From Zootoca vivipara (Eukaryota): a stretch of 64,000 bases of DNA. Each line of letters starts with the position of its first letter. Position 1 is the stretch's first letter. A model generated the notes under the pieces. It searched no databases. It had not been told where the DNA came from and saw only the letters and a list, made by a program, of their open reading frames with translations. The DNA lies in the NCBI RefSeq assembly GCF_963506605.1, contig NC_083282.1:47492001-47556000 (forward strand), read 5' to 3'. Of the stretch, positions 42,801-53,953 are shown piece by piece. Made by a program: the position numbers and the translations under genes.

Positions 42801-45650
42801 ATGGGAACTGTAGTCTGAAAACAGCTGGAGACCCAAGGTTGGGAAACACTGTTTTAGAGTTTCACTGTAGCTCTGCCAGTGGGCTGTGTACACTTTAGTT
42901 TTCACCCCTCATGGAGCTATATTTCTCAGCACCCTTAACAAACTACAGTTCCCAATTTTTTGGGGGGGGGGAGTCACATGCTTTAAATACATGGTGTGTA
43001 CACATCCCTTGGCTCTGATCTACAATTCCATCCAGTCAGAGCTAGTTTGTCCACTTGTTTAGCACATTGCGCTAAGCATGACTCCCTCGACTCCAGGAAG
43101 AGACACCCTCTCCACAACTCCTTTGAGGAGCATGGCTGAAAAACGATGCCCCTTGGGTAGGGCTCACATGGTATGTGGCCAGCTTTGAATTCCCTCTCTC
43201 CCCACCCCTCCAGCTTAGCTGATGGAGGAATGAAACCTGTGCAATGTCTATATTTCAGGCCCTGCTCCTTTCGCTCCCCCCTCCATGCCTTTATCTGCCA
43301 TTTTGCTTGACAGCCGTGTGCCCTCCTGGAACACATAGTGTGACTGCAGCTGGAAATTGTGTTCCCTGCCCAAACGGAACATACAGCCAGCGCTATGGGA
43401 CAACTGTGTGCATTCAGTGCTACCACAACGGGTCGACTTTGCATCCTGCTGCTAGAACAGCTGCGGAATGCATGAACCCAGAAGGTATGTATCAGGTGGG
43501 AGACATGATGAAGGGCTTCCTGAGAGACCTTTTTGGACTTTCCAGCACTGGTTCTTGGACTTGGCATACTGAGAGTCAAGCTAGACACAATGTGAAATAT
43601 GTTCAATTTTAAGGGCAGGTTTTTAAAAAATGCACTTAACATCAGCTGTGTGGCTGGGGCTGATAATTACCATGATATGTAGAGGGTGAAGAGGGGGAAT
43701 TTTTTAAACTCTTTCCTTGCCACAGTCCTGAGAAAAATCCCTCCTCTGAAGTTGGTATTTGCATTGGGAAGATTTGCCGCAATGGGGAATTTCTTCCCAA
43801 TGGAAATACCAGCTCCAGAAGAGGGATTTACTTCAGTCCTGGATGCTGGACTTGAATTAGTTTCCTTGGTTCTGTGTTTTATTTAAAAGGTGGTTCCTCA
43901 CCTGGGTAACAGACTGAGTGATGTAGAAGTAAATTCGTACCACAAGAGTCACAGCAGGAGAGTTCAATTTCACCTCCTGTGATCGTGTTAATTATCCATC
44001 TCCCCTAAGGTGTTGCTCTGTATACTTAATGCCCCCTCAAACCGATATGTTAAATCCAAAGACAGATTTAACTTCAGATGGCTATGTTCCACCTCCACTA
44101 TTGGAGGCAGTATGCCTCTGAATACCAGTTACTCAGAACCACAGGTGAGTACTGTTGCACTCATGTCCTGCTTGCAGGCTTCTTGCAGACCTCAGTGAGA
44201 ACAAGATGCTGAAGGAGGTGGTCCTTTGGCGTGGGCTAGCAAGGCTTTTCTTGTGTTCTTAGGTACCTAAGAAACAGCACTCCTAGTCTGCAACCCTATA
44301 TATGAGCATCTAGTGAGGGAACAGTTCTGCACATGTGTGAATTTGGTCCAAACAGTGTTTGCTTATACTGGCTGCATATATCCCTTTGGCCTTTCTTTCC
44401 ACTAAAGCTCACCTCCCGCTTAACTTCCAAGTTCCTGAAATTAATAGAGGCAGGTGCTACTGCTGGATAGGCAGCTTGGCTCTGGGTGCTGAGGAGAACT
44501 GGCACCCCTGAGTGATCTGTGTCTCTTTCCACGCAGTCCCTCCAACACATCGGTTTCCTGCTCTGTTGGTCACCTTTGTCGTCTTGCTGCTTACGTGCCT
44601 CTGTATCATTATGCTGTGAGTTCTTTCCTATCTAAGCCCTCTTCTGTAAAATTTGGTGGACCAGGTAGATGTGTGGCTGGTCATTAAGTGAGGGCAGGGT
44701 CCCAAGAGATCCCGATAAATGACAGTGGCTGTGCAACCAGTTATCACAGATAATTGGGGGTGCCCAGGGAGTGTCTCCACTACTGGATCATATATCTGCA
44801 CCACCAGTTCCCTACTTTCCTGGCTTCTGGGACTAGAGTGCACCAAACAGGTGTTGCTTTAATTCCACCTTTGCCCTTCCTCTGAATACAGCCCCCTTGC
44901 ATAGTTTCCCCACATGCCTTTCTACAATTTGATTATTATCGCTTTTTTCAGTAACCACCACCTGATCCTGGCCAAGATACCCCAACCAGCATACCCTAAC
45001 CCAACAGAGTTCCTGGGCAAGGGGGATGTTACTACTTTCCTATGCATCTGGCTTCCATATTCCTTATATGTGTCCCTCCCTGTATTTTGCTCATGGGGTT
45101 CTGGGCAAACCAGAGCTGTATGGGAGGGGTGCCTACTAAGATCCACATGCCTTATGGTAATAAAGATTCCCTGTCCCTGTGCAGCTGCTGCTGCTGCTGG
45201 TACTTCCGTCGTAGCAGGAAGAAGAAACAGGATTCTTTTCCTAAAGGCGATAGCGAGACCAAGCAGGAAAAAGAAGTCGCAGTCCTTGCTGTTCCGGACT
45301 CCCCAAAAGATGACTCTCCCCTGTTGCCTTCTCTCACTTTGGAGAATCCTGACAAAGATTACTCTCCCCGGTTGCCTTCTCTCACTTTGGAGAATCCTGT
45401 CAAAGATTACTCTCCCCGGTTGCCTTCTATAACTTTGGAGAATCCTGACAAAGATTACTCTCCCCTGTTGCCTTCTCCTACTTTGGAGAATCCTGACCAA
45501 GAAGGGGTCATGTTTCCAAGTCCTCCCAATCCAGAGGAAGAGCCAGGTGGGGCTGTTTTGCCACCCTCTTCTGAGCTAGAAGAGCAGCCTGTTATTGAAA
45601 ATGTTGTGTTCCCATCATCCTCGCCTGTCTCAGATTTTGAAAGTACATAA
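36874..45650 (+). CDS. Membrane-anchored zona pellucida-binding protein (ZPBP/sp38)-like protein, ~533 aa, 10 exons
   Basis: Exons 36874-36937 (signal-peptide-like; in-frame upstream ATGs at 36790 and 36844), 37935-38015, 38539-38652, 40486-40623, 40948-41160, 41626-41726, 42145-42319, 43314-43484, 44537-44615 (TM), 45185-45650 (TAA); 1602 nt, all GT-AG, phases consistent. Ig-like (IPC...PTYNW...DSGLYTCTVSY) and sp38-like (VSPFGKGW..C, C.EGYGQN.....CPDCC, VCPPGT) segments resemble recalled ZPBP/ZPBP2. Exons 1-2 are the least certain. Confidence 0.82.
38682..39000. mobile_element. hAT MITE
   Basis: TIR CAGGGGTC..CAAACT ... AGTTTG..GACCCCTG; 8-bp TSD CTCTAGGA; internal ~70-bp direct repeat. 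Confidence 0.9.
39743..39832. mobile_element. 90-bp TIR element (CATAGCTGCCAAGTT termini)
   Basis: TIR CATAGCTGCCAAGTT / AACTTGACAGCTATG; flanking direct repeat AGCTATCCA (9 bp). Confidence 0.8.
39879..40014. mobile_element. 136-bp hAT MITE
   Basis: TIR CAGGCACCCCCAAACT ... AGTTTGGGGATGCCTG; 8-bp TSD GTGTAGAA. Confidence 0.9.
40111..40345. mobile_element. Tc1/mariner-type MITE (inverted copy of 23483-23714)
   Basis: TA-flanked; internal sequence closely similar to the reverse complement of 23483-23714. Confidence 0.82.
42572..42851. mobile_element. Two abutting 136-bp hAT MITEs (42572-42707 and 42716-42851)
   Basis: CTCTAGAG-[MITE]-CTCTAGAG-[MITE]-TTTTAGAG; each has complete TIRs. Confidence 0.9.
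45306..45497 (+). repeat. Coding minisatellite, 4 x 48 bp (16-aa unit KDYSPRLPSLTLENPD)
   Basis: Four in-frame tandem units in the last exon of the ZPBP-like gene. Confidence 0.95.
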
Positions 45651-45825
45651 TTCCCAGTAAATTCATGTCCAACAAACAGACCTGCTTCACGTGTTCTTAA
45701 AGGTTGCCGATAATACTAACCACTCGTTCCCTTGCTCAAGGTCTGTGCCCTGCAAGGCCTCCTATTTTCTTGAGTTGGGTTGTACATCTAGAAGATCATG
45801 GAAGAACCGAAAACTTCTTCATCAC

Positions 45826-46193
45826 TTCAAAGTGTTGGTGCTGACCTTTAAAGCCCTAAATGGCCTTGGTCCTGTATACCTGAAGGAGCGTCTTCACCCC
45901 CATTGTTCAGCCCAGACACTGAGATCCGGCACCCAGGGCCTTTTGGCGGTTCCCTCACTGCGAGAAGCAAAGCTACAGGGAACCAGGCAGAGGGCCTTTT
46001 CGGTAGTGGCGCCTGCCCTGTGCAACGCCCTCCCATCGGAGGTCAAGGAGATAAACAACTACTGACATTTAGAAACACCTAAAGGCAGCCCTGTTTAGGG
46101 AAGTTTTTAATCTGTGATATATTGATGTATTTTAATGTTTGTTGGAAGCCGCCCAGAGTGGCCGGGGAAACCCAGCCAGATGGGCGGGGTATA

Positions 46194-46232
<39 letters not shown>
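45826..46232 (+). mobile_element. 5'-truncated L2-type LINE (ORF2 C-terminus and 3' tail with (AAT)n)
   Basis: FKVLVLTFKALNGLGPVYLKERL...RAFSVVAPALCNALP is the typical L2 ORF2 C-terminus; ends in (AAT)n at ~46193-46232. Confidence 0.88.
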
Positions 46233-46233
<1 letters not shown>

Positions 46234-49200
46234 GCCATAACGCACTGCACCACAGTCCCCTAACAAAACCAGTGTTGGAAGTGAGCGGCCTGAAAGGAAA
46301 CTGAGCTAATCTTTAATTTCCAGAGGACATGCTCAGACTGGGCAAGCAACTGCAGTGAAGCGGCTGAAGGCTCTAACCTAAAAGTACCACAAATGAAGCA
46401 GCAAATGCTGCAGTGATTGTTTTGTGCTTCTGGCTATCACCCAACTGAGAAGATGTCAATCTGTGGTGGCAGCACTGTGGGCTGACCTTTACGAATGGCA
46501 GTTGAAAAACCAAGCCAGTCCGTTTTGACTGAACGTCAAAAGCAGCAGACTCAAACTCCTCTCCTCCTAGCTACCAAAACCCTGAACAGATGCATGATTC
46601 CTTTATTATTTATGGAGGTGAATTTGGAGACAGTTCAGAAGCCTCAGGGCCACTACTAAGAAGGCCCTGCTCCATCCCACGACAGTCCTGTTGAGCATAT
46701 GATACACGGGGGGCAGGGGGGCTTTCCTGATCATCTTAATAGGTGAGGGAGCTCATATGTGGAAGAGTGCACTCTGAAATATTCTAGAGCCTTTCTGTCG
46801 TCATTCCCTCCTATAGTTAAATAACAGATTTAGGATTGGGGACTGCCTGGCTACAGGGACAGCAGCCATGCAGACTCCAGGGCTACCTTAACAGCACCCC
46901 CCCCCCAAATGCTCCAAAACAATGACTCTCGCTTCTAACTTTTACAACTGTTCAACTGCTGTGGTGGGGTTTCTACCTCTTATAAGAACATCTCAGAGTG
47001 CTCACAATTTTTCCAGTTATTTAGAGCTCCCATGGAATGGGTAAATTGGCTTAGAGTCAAATACATCTATTTAATGCAATCTGATCAAGCAGATGTCAAG
47101 TCAGTTCATTTTCTGTAAGTCACACGCAGAAGAAATCTGTTGCAATGCAAAATACTAAACAAAAGCAAAGCCTGAAAATTGACACTGTTTTTCCAATGTT
47201 TTGTGGGGGCCCTGATTTCCCAGAGCCTTGTAAGCCCAACTCCAGGTATTTCCTCCCCACTTGTATTCCTTAGCAAATACCTGTTATCATTCTAGCTCCC
47301 CTGTTACTATTTTTTACTATGATCTGGGTATGCTTTCTGGGCTCATCCCTATGTTTTCGTATTTGTTCAGCATAAACAAAGCAGTCCCGTTTTCTATTGG
47401 TTGATATAAAACATACAGCAATCTCAGATCAAAGGAGTTCAAAACCTTGCACATTATGCACTGCGACGTATGTGGGTTTTGATGAGGTAATCAATTTCAG
47501 GCACCGGCAAAGTAAAACAAGAGAAAATGCCAAACCTCAAGATGGAGAGATACTGTACTCCTCATCAAGTGAGATGAACACATCTTCAAGTGAATGCATC
47601 AAGCAATCTGAAATGCTACTTGACTGAATGGTACATGGCATTAATGGTGCACACATTCCAGGCACATTCCAACACTGCTAACCAGATTGCTCAAAAGTGT
47701 GCCCCAGAGGGGTTTTTTTTTGTGGGGCTCACTGTCTTAATCCAGATATTCTCCTCAGGGCACCTTGGAGGTCTCCTGCTCCTTTGACCTTTTGTTGGCA
47801 ACAATAATTTTATTTTAATTTTTTTATGGCAACAATAATTTGAAGCACATTTCTCCCCTTCCTCCCAAAAAGAATCCTAGGAACTGTAGTTCAAGGGTGC
47901 TGCGAATTGTAGCTCTGTGAGGCGTAAACTACAGTTTCTAGGATTCTTTGGAGGAAGTCATTTGGGGCTGGGAATCTTGGACGTAAAAAAACTACTGGAG
48001 GAAGGGAGGGGGTAATAAATGGCCCACAGGTTTCCACCCCTGCCTTAGATCATTTGAAAATGAAATGAAAACAATTGTGCAATCCATTGCGGTAAGAGAT
48101 TATTAATTTAAAACATATTAATGTTTCAAAGCAAGGACTCATTAGTGCTTTCCATTAGGGAGTAAGTTAAAAAATAATAATCCATGCCATCAATATCAAG
48201 CTAACACAAGTCACTTATGCCTTCTAAAGGCTGGTGCAAAAGATCTGTCTTGTGCCCACGATGGAGAGTGGAGGAGACTCACAATGTGATAGCCTCAATG
48301 CTTATAAGCGGTACACCTGAAAGATATGCTTGGCTTGGCTAGGGAGCGATCACTTCAGAGAGGCTGTTTTCAATGTTACATCCATGACAAATGTAAGCTG
48401 CTCTTTCCTTTAGTGTGGGTTGAATAAAGCCCAATTCAGACTTACTATAGTTTGGGAAGACGGCTGTTTTTGAGTGCTAAGGTGTCCTAATGGGCCTGCC
48501 CACCTGGTCCCAAATTCTACATCAAAATAGCCCTGGAAGTGGCATAGGATGAAGCCCACCAAGCAGGTAATTGTGCTTCAAGACCAAGTGGATACACACA
48601 GGTAAGGCTGTGACCATTCAAGTCTAACCTAGGTTTGGTACATACCAGTAGTTCACTGCGGAAGATTGCCCTTTGTGAACGGAATGGATGAAGTTACCAT
48701 AATTCTGTTGTCTCTCCATACTCAGGACAACCACAGTGTTGGGGCTGACCGGGCCTATTCTCTGCTGAAAATGCAGATTGACATTGCAGAGAAAGCAGTG
48801 CATATGTGTTGTACATAGGCAGTATTAATGGAAGTTTGTCTGCCTGGAGACATTGCTTCAACACAACGACCCAAATCCTCATAGGAAGCCTATGGATTCC
48901 ATGCAAGACTCTTACACATTCATTCATTCATTTGTTTATTTACAGCTGTTTCCTGTGCACACACACACACACACACACCTCACATCTCCTTGCAGCATAA
49001 GCTTATCAACAGAGCCTCCCTTTGCAGGAGTAGTCTACCCCCCCGACAACATGTTTCATTCCTATAAGTTTCCTTACTGCTCTTCACATGTAGAAACAGG
49101 CAGAGACAAAGCAGGAGCTGTGCTGTATCCCTCTATTCCGAATAGCACACAGCTCCCCGCCCCACCTCCCTTTTGGTGAGTCAGAAGAAAAGCCAGCTGC

Positions 49201-52200
49201 ACATTCATTTCCATAAATAATATGTACACAGAGATGCATGCTCAGGGGAGGAAAGTTTGGGGGTGCGGGTGCGGAAATGAGCAAGTACCTTTAAAAGAAT
49301 ACATTGCATGCCAGTTTCTTTGCCGCAAAAGGTATCATTTTTGGCATAATCGTTAAGTTATTGGGTGTAAAAATAACAACGAAGGGGTGTATGCGTGTAT
49401 ATATATGTGTAGGTGTTTGATATCTGGTGCCTATGTTGGGCATAAGCTGCTGTATTCCTAAATAAATAAGAAGTGGGGAGGGAATGCAGTTAGTTGCTTC
49501 CTAAAAATTGAGATGATAGGGCCATGGGATTTCCTCCAAATAAGGGATCCGAAAAGGGCAGCTACCCAGACAGAACAGGGGCAATTGGAGGACAGTCTGC
49601 ACTCATGCTGCACAGTCTACTCTGCCATCTCACTCTGCTGGATGCACAACCTTGGGCCCCTTTTCATTCCAGGGATGGGACCCTGGCTCCAGAAGCATTG
49701 CTAGTAGCTACTTAAAGGACTTGGGGCACAGGCCCAAGACACATTTTTTTAACAATAAAATTTTCATGTGAATTTATATGTATAGACACTACTGGGCAAA
49801 TTAAGACGATGAGTACTGTTTAGTGTAAGCAAAGTTATACACATGTTTTAAAAAACAGAGGCGAAAGGGCAGGAGATCTGAGGCCCAGCACAGTATACCT
49901 GGGGTTCAGGCACCCTGCCCTATTCTCTTATAAAGAGGTGGGGAAACTGTTTGGCTTTGAGCAGGACAGGTTAACTTTGACAGCTGGAGGGAATTTGAGA
50001 CAACTCATCTGTCAGTTGCCTGGTGTCATTATGACATCACATGGTTGATGGGTCGGATGTTGGGTGCTTGGGAACCACTATGCAAGGGGTGTTGCCAGCC
50101 CTATGCTTGCTCGTTGGGACGAGCCTAACAGCCCACCCCAAGTCAGGCTCAGTGCTAATTGCTCACTCCCACTGATCATTTCTTCAGCCTACTCACCAAA
50201 TGGTTGACTTTGGGTGCTTGGTTGGCTCAATTACCACTATGGGGTTTTCTTTTCTTTTCTGCATGTGTGTGCATTTTACTTTTCCAGGAGAAGAAACCGA
50301 GCACACCTGTAGTTAGGCTGAATCTGACAGGCTCTGCTATTTCCCCCAAAGCTGACTGAGTTTCTGGGCAGCCATGATAAATACAGCCCCCATCTGCCAG
50401 CTCCTGATAAAGAGCTCACAGAATGTCTTGCTAATGGGAAAGAGGATAAATGGGCCTGAACTGAGGCTCCATTTCAGACAAAATGCCCGATATTAATCTT
50501 GTCAACAAGGATAAGAAGGGAGGCAGGTTAACTGAGTGCATTGCTGGCAGACAATCAAGCAGCAGTAGTGTTTTGCACCACTGTTTGTTGTTCTGATCAC
50601 AGCCGGTGCTCAGATGTTAAAAAAAATATCTCAGTTTTGGTAATATGATGCAGAGGGCTCAATAGATGGCAATTTCGTAATTGGAATCACAGATACCCAA
50701 GATTCAGCTTGTAAGTTTGCCAACGTCTTTGATGGGCTGCTGTCTCCCTAACACAGGGATGGGCAACCTATGGCCCAACTCCCACCAGCCCTCACATTGA
50801 CTATGATGGCTGGGGCTGAGGGAAGTTGGAGTCCAACAACATCCACAGGGCCACAGGTTCCCGATCCCTCCTTTGACAGCAGTTTGATGTGCAGATAGCA
50901 GCAGGCACTATTGATTTCTTTCTCCTGACGAAAGCCTTCCCTGCTGATTTCTGCAGATCAAGTGGCTGTCGAAAGCACAGGAGCAAGCAAAGCTGTTTTA
51001 TCTGGCCAGCCGGCAGTCCGATCAGCACCCTCAGTATCGGAGAGCGGCTCATTGAGGGCCTGAGTGGAATCATCAGTGATGTCCCCCAAAGGAAAGTGGT
51101 GAAGTACATACAGCTCCATGGAGAAGTTGCTATTGATTTCAGCACAACAAGGCAGATCCCATGTTGCACTGAGGTTGGCGCAAAAGAAACCTGGGTTGCT
51201 GGGATTGTTACAGTAGCTCACTGGAAAAATATGCATTTGAAGTGACCATGGCCCCCGGTAATGACTGTGTTAAAATACAGCCTGGATCAGATTGAGCTGG
51301 ACTGTGCATGTCTAATAACTATTAGGTTGAATTCAATGGCAGTTTTGTGGTAATAGAAAACACTTCTGCTTATGCAAGGCAGGAAAAAAACACACACAAA
51401 AAAAACCGTGAAACCCTCTCCAACCTGCCAACCACTAGCTTATACTGTATCACCCTGTTGAAGTGTTGGTTATGATAGGACTTTGTGTGGTCTCACCTCC
51501 TCCTGACCTGGGCAAGAGTGGGCTTTCACAACTGTTTGTGTAGGTGTCGCAGCAGCATCCCCCTGCCCCCAAAGTGGTGTATAGGATTGCTCAGTTAAAG
51601 ACTCATTTAGTTCAACAGGAATGGTAAGCATGTGCTTAAAATCTCTTCCATTACAAATCTCTTCCACTGAAATCAGCGGGACTTTAAAATGTAGCAGCTG
51701 GATGATGCAATGGTTGCAAGCTCATAGCCTCATTTTTGTTGCTAAAAGTGATGCCAGTTGTGAAAACAAATACTTTACAGCATGAAAGACAGCAGCAAAG
51801 AAAGCCATTTATATGCACATGACAGTAATGCTATTTTTCGCAAGGCCCGAGGTGAGGCCAGAATAGATTTCTGTCTTAACCAAGGGTGTGCAAGGTTAAG
51901 GAAGGCTCAGAAAGAAGGGGGTGGAGGGCTTGGAAGTAGAATTGTTATTTTTAGAATCTCACGTCTCTAAGCTTCAGGATCTATCAGTGAAAACCGTGCT
52001 AGAGGCCAGATTTATTATTATTAACATGACCCAACCGATAAAGAATCCTGACTTATCAGCAATTGTCCAATCCACATTTCCTGCTTAGGGTCAAACTGCA
52101 CACATTATATAGGAGGAGACAAGCTCTCTCAGTGTTTTGCAATGCTTAAAAAACTGCTGCAGGGTATGGGGTGGTGGTGGTCTGAACTGCATGGGAGCAG

Positions 52201-52500
52201 TGGAGTGGGGAAGAGAGGTGAACATTTCCCCCTGTGCCATTTTCCCGATCTAAATCCCAACCCCAGCTGCTATCCGTGGTACTTCCGATGTCTTTATCAG
52301 CTGCGAAACAAGTCAGTCAGCTGGACTTTTTATGACACGGAGCTGCAGTGATGAAGGTTCACAATCAATCAGCAGCTGACAGTTTGGACCAGTCTAGCTG
52401 TAGTGGCTGCAGTTCTGTGTGTTTAATCAGGAACCACCACCCCACCCTCACAATATAGAAATAAGGGTGGCAAAGGGTGTGGTTTTAAAAAGCAAAATAG

Positions 52501-52502
<2 letters not shown>

Positions 52503-52548
<46 letters not shown>

Positions 52549-52549
52549 A
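52503..52549. repeat. (CA)n microsatellite
   Basis: About 23 CA units; shorter (CA)n at ~48957-48978. Confidence 0.95.
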
Positions 52550-53043
52550 TGAGAAGAATAGAGTGGCCATGTATGCACCAGCAGAAAAGAGGAAATGCAA
52601 AACTGAGGACAGAGATTTCTGTGAAATTTGCATAGGTTTATGTATAGCTATAGATCAAACTTAGACAGTTACAGTAATTGAAACAGAAATCTCACCATGG
52701 GGGGGAAGACTGCGACCAAGTGACCTGTGTGCCTGCTCAGTCTCTTGTTGATGGGCAACCTCAAGGACTTCTCAGGAGTCCTCCTCATGGCTCTTTATCT
52801 TTGAAGGAGTAAAAGTCTTTCAAAAAAAAGAAGCAGAGCACATGACCATCCTCCCTCGCCTATGTCTTGTTTCCCTACAGTCCATCATCCCATTTACTTT
52901 TCTCATAGCTGGAGAGCTCCCATACAGAAGTGAGCTCAGCAGAGTGGGCTTTTCAGATCATGATGTGGATGAGCCTATATATGGACAGTTTTTACATAGA
53001 CAAGTTTTTATCTGACACTGTGCAAATAAGTTCTGTTTCTGTA

Positions 53044-53395
53044 AAAAGGTAAAGGTAAAGGGACCCCTGACCATTAGGTCCAGTCGTGGACGACTCTGGG
53101 GTTGCGGCGCTCATCTTGCATTATTGGCCGAAGGAGCTGGTGAACAGCTTCCAGTCATGTGGCCAGCATGACGAAGCTGCTTCTGGCAAACCAGAGCAGC
53201 ACACGGAAACACTGTTTACCTTCCCGCCGGAGCAGTGCCTATTTATCTACTTGCGTTTTGACATGCTTTCAAACTGCTAGGTTGGCAGGAGCTGGGACTG
53301 AACAACGGGAGCTCACCCCGTCATGGGGATTCAAGCCGCCGACCTTCTGATCGGCAAGCCCTAGGCTCTGTGGTTTAACCCACAGCACCACCCAC
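53044..53395 (-). mobile_element. Sauria SINE
   Basis: (ACCTTT)n tail on minus strand, tRNA-like head with B-box-like motif at right end; TSD GTTTCTGTA (53035-53043 / 53396-53404). Confidence 0.85.
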
Positions 53396-53574
53396 GTTTC
53401 TGTAGTGGGGCTCAAATCTGCTCTGCAGGGTCCCTCAGTGCTCTGGAGTAGATCTGGAAGGGTGAATAGGGGGTGCAGAGGAGAAGAGAGGGTTGTTCTG
53501 TTGTGAAATGGATGTCTGCTACCATGAGTGGAATAGCAGCATACGACCCAGAGGGTTTGTGCAGATTATGTGTA

Positions 53575-53953
53575 TAAGGTAAAGGTAAAGGACCCGTGGA
53601 CAATTAAGTCCAGTCAAAGGTGACTATGGGGTGTGGTGCTCATCTCGCTTTTCAGACAGAGGGAGCCGGCATTTGTCCACCGACAGCTTTCTGGGTCATG
53701 TGGCCAGCATGACTAAACCACTTCTGGTGCAACGGGACACCGTGACGAGTGCCAGAGTGCACAGAAACACCGTTTACCTTCCTGCCACATTGGTACCCGT
53801 TTATTTACTTGCACTGGTATGCTTTTGAACTGCTAGGTCAGCAGAAGCTGGGACAGAGCAATGGGAGCTCACTCCGTCACATGGATTCGAACCGCCGACC
53901 TTCCGATTGGCGATCCCAGGAGGCTCAGTAGTTTAGACCACAGTGCCACCCAC
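53575..53953 (-). mobile_element. Sauria SINE (second, divergent copy)
   Basis: Same architecture; GGTTCGAATCC B-box on minus strand near 53883-53893; TGTGTA flanks. Confidence 0.85.

Noticed and set aside
45306-45497. CRISPR-like appearance of regular repeats
   Set aside because: Vertebrate DNA; contiguous tandem units with no unique spacers.
44914-45500. Overlapping 172-aa and 192-aa ORFs
   Set aside because: Alternative frames of the stop-poor 48-bp minisatellite; splice phase selects the frame ending at 45650.
50801-51245. Cluster of 90-120-aa ORFs on both strands
   Set aside because: No recognisable motifs or exon chain; may be conserved non-coding DNA, which cannot be judged without alignments.
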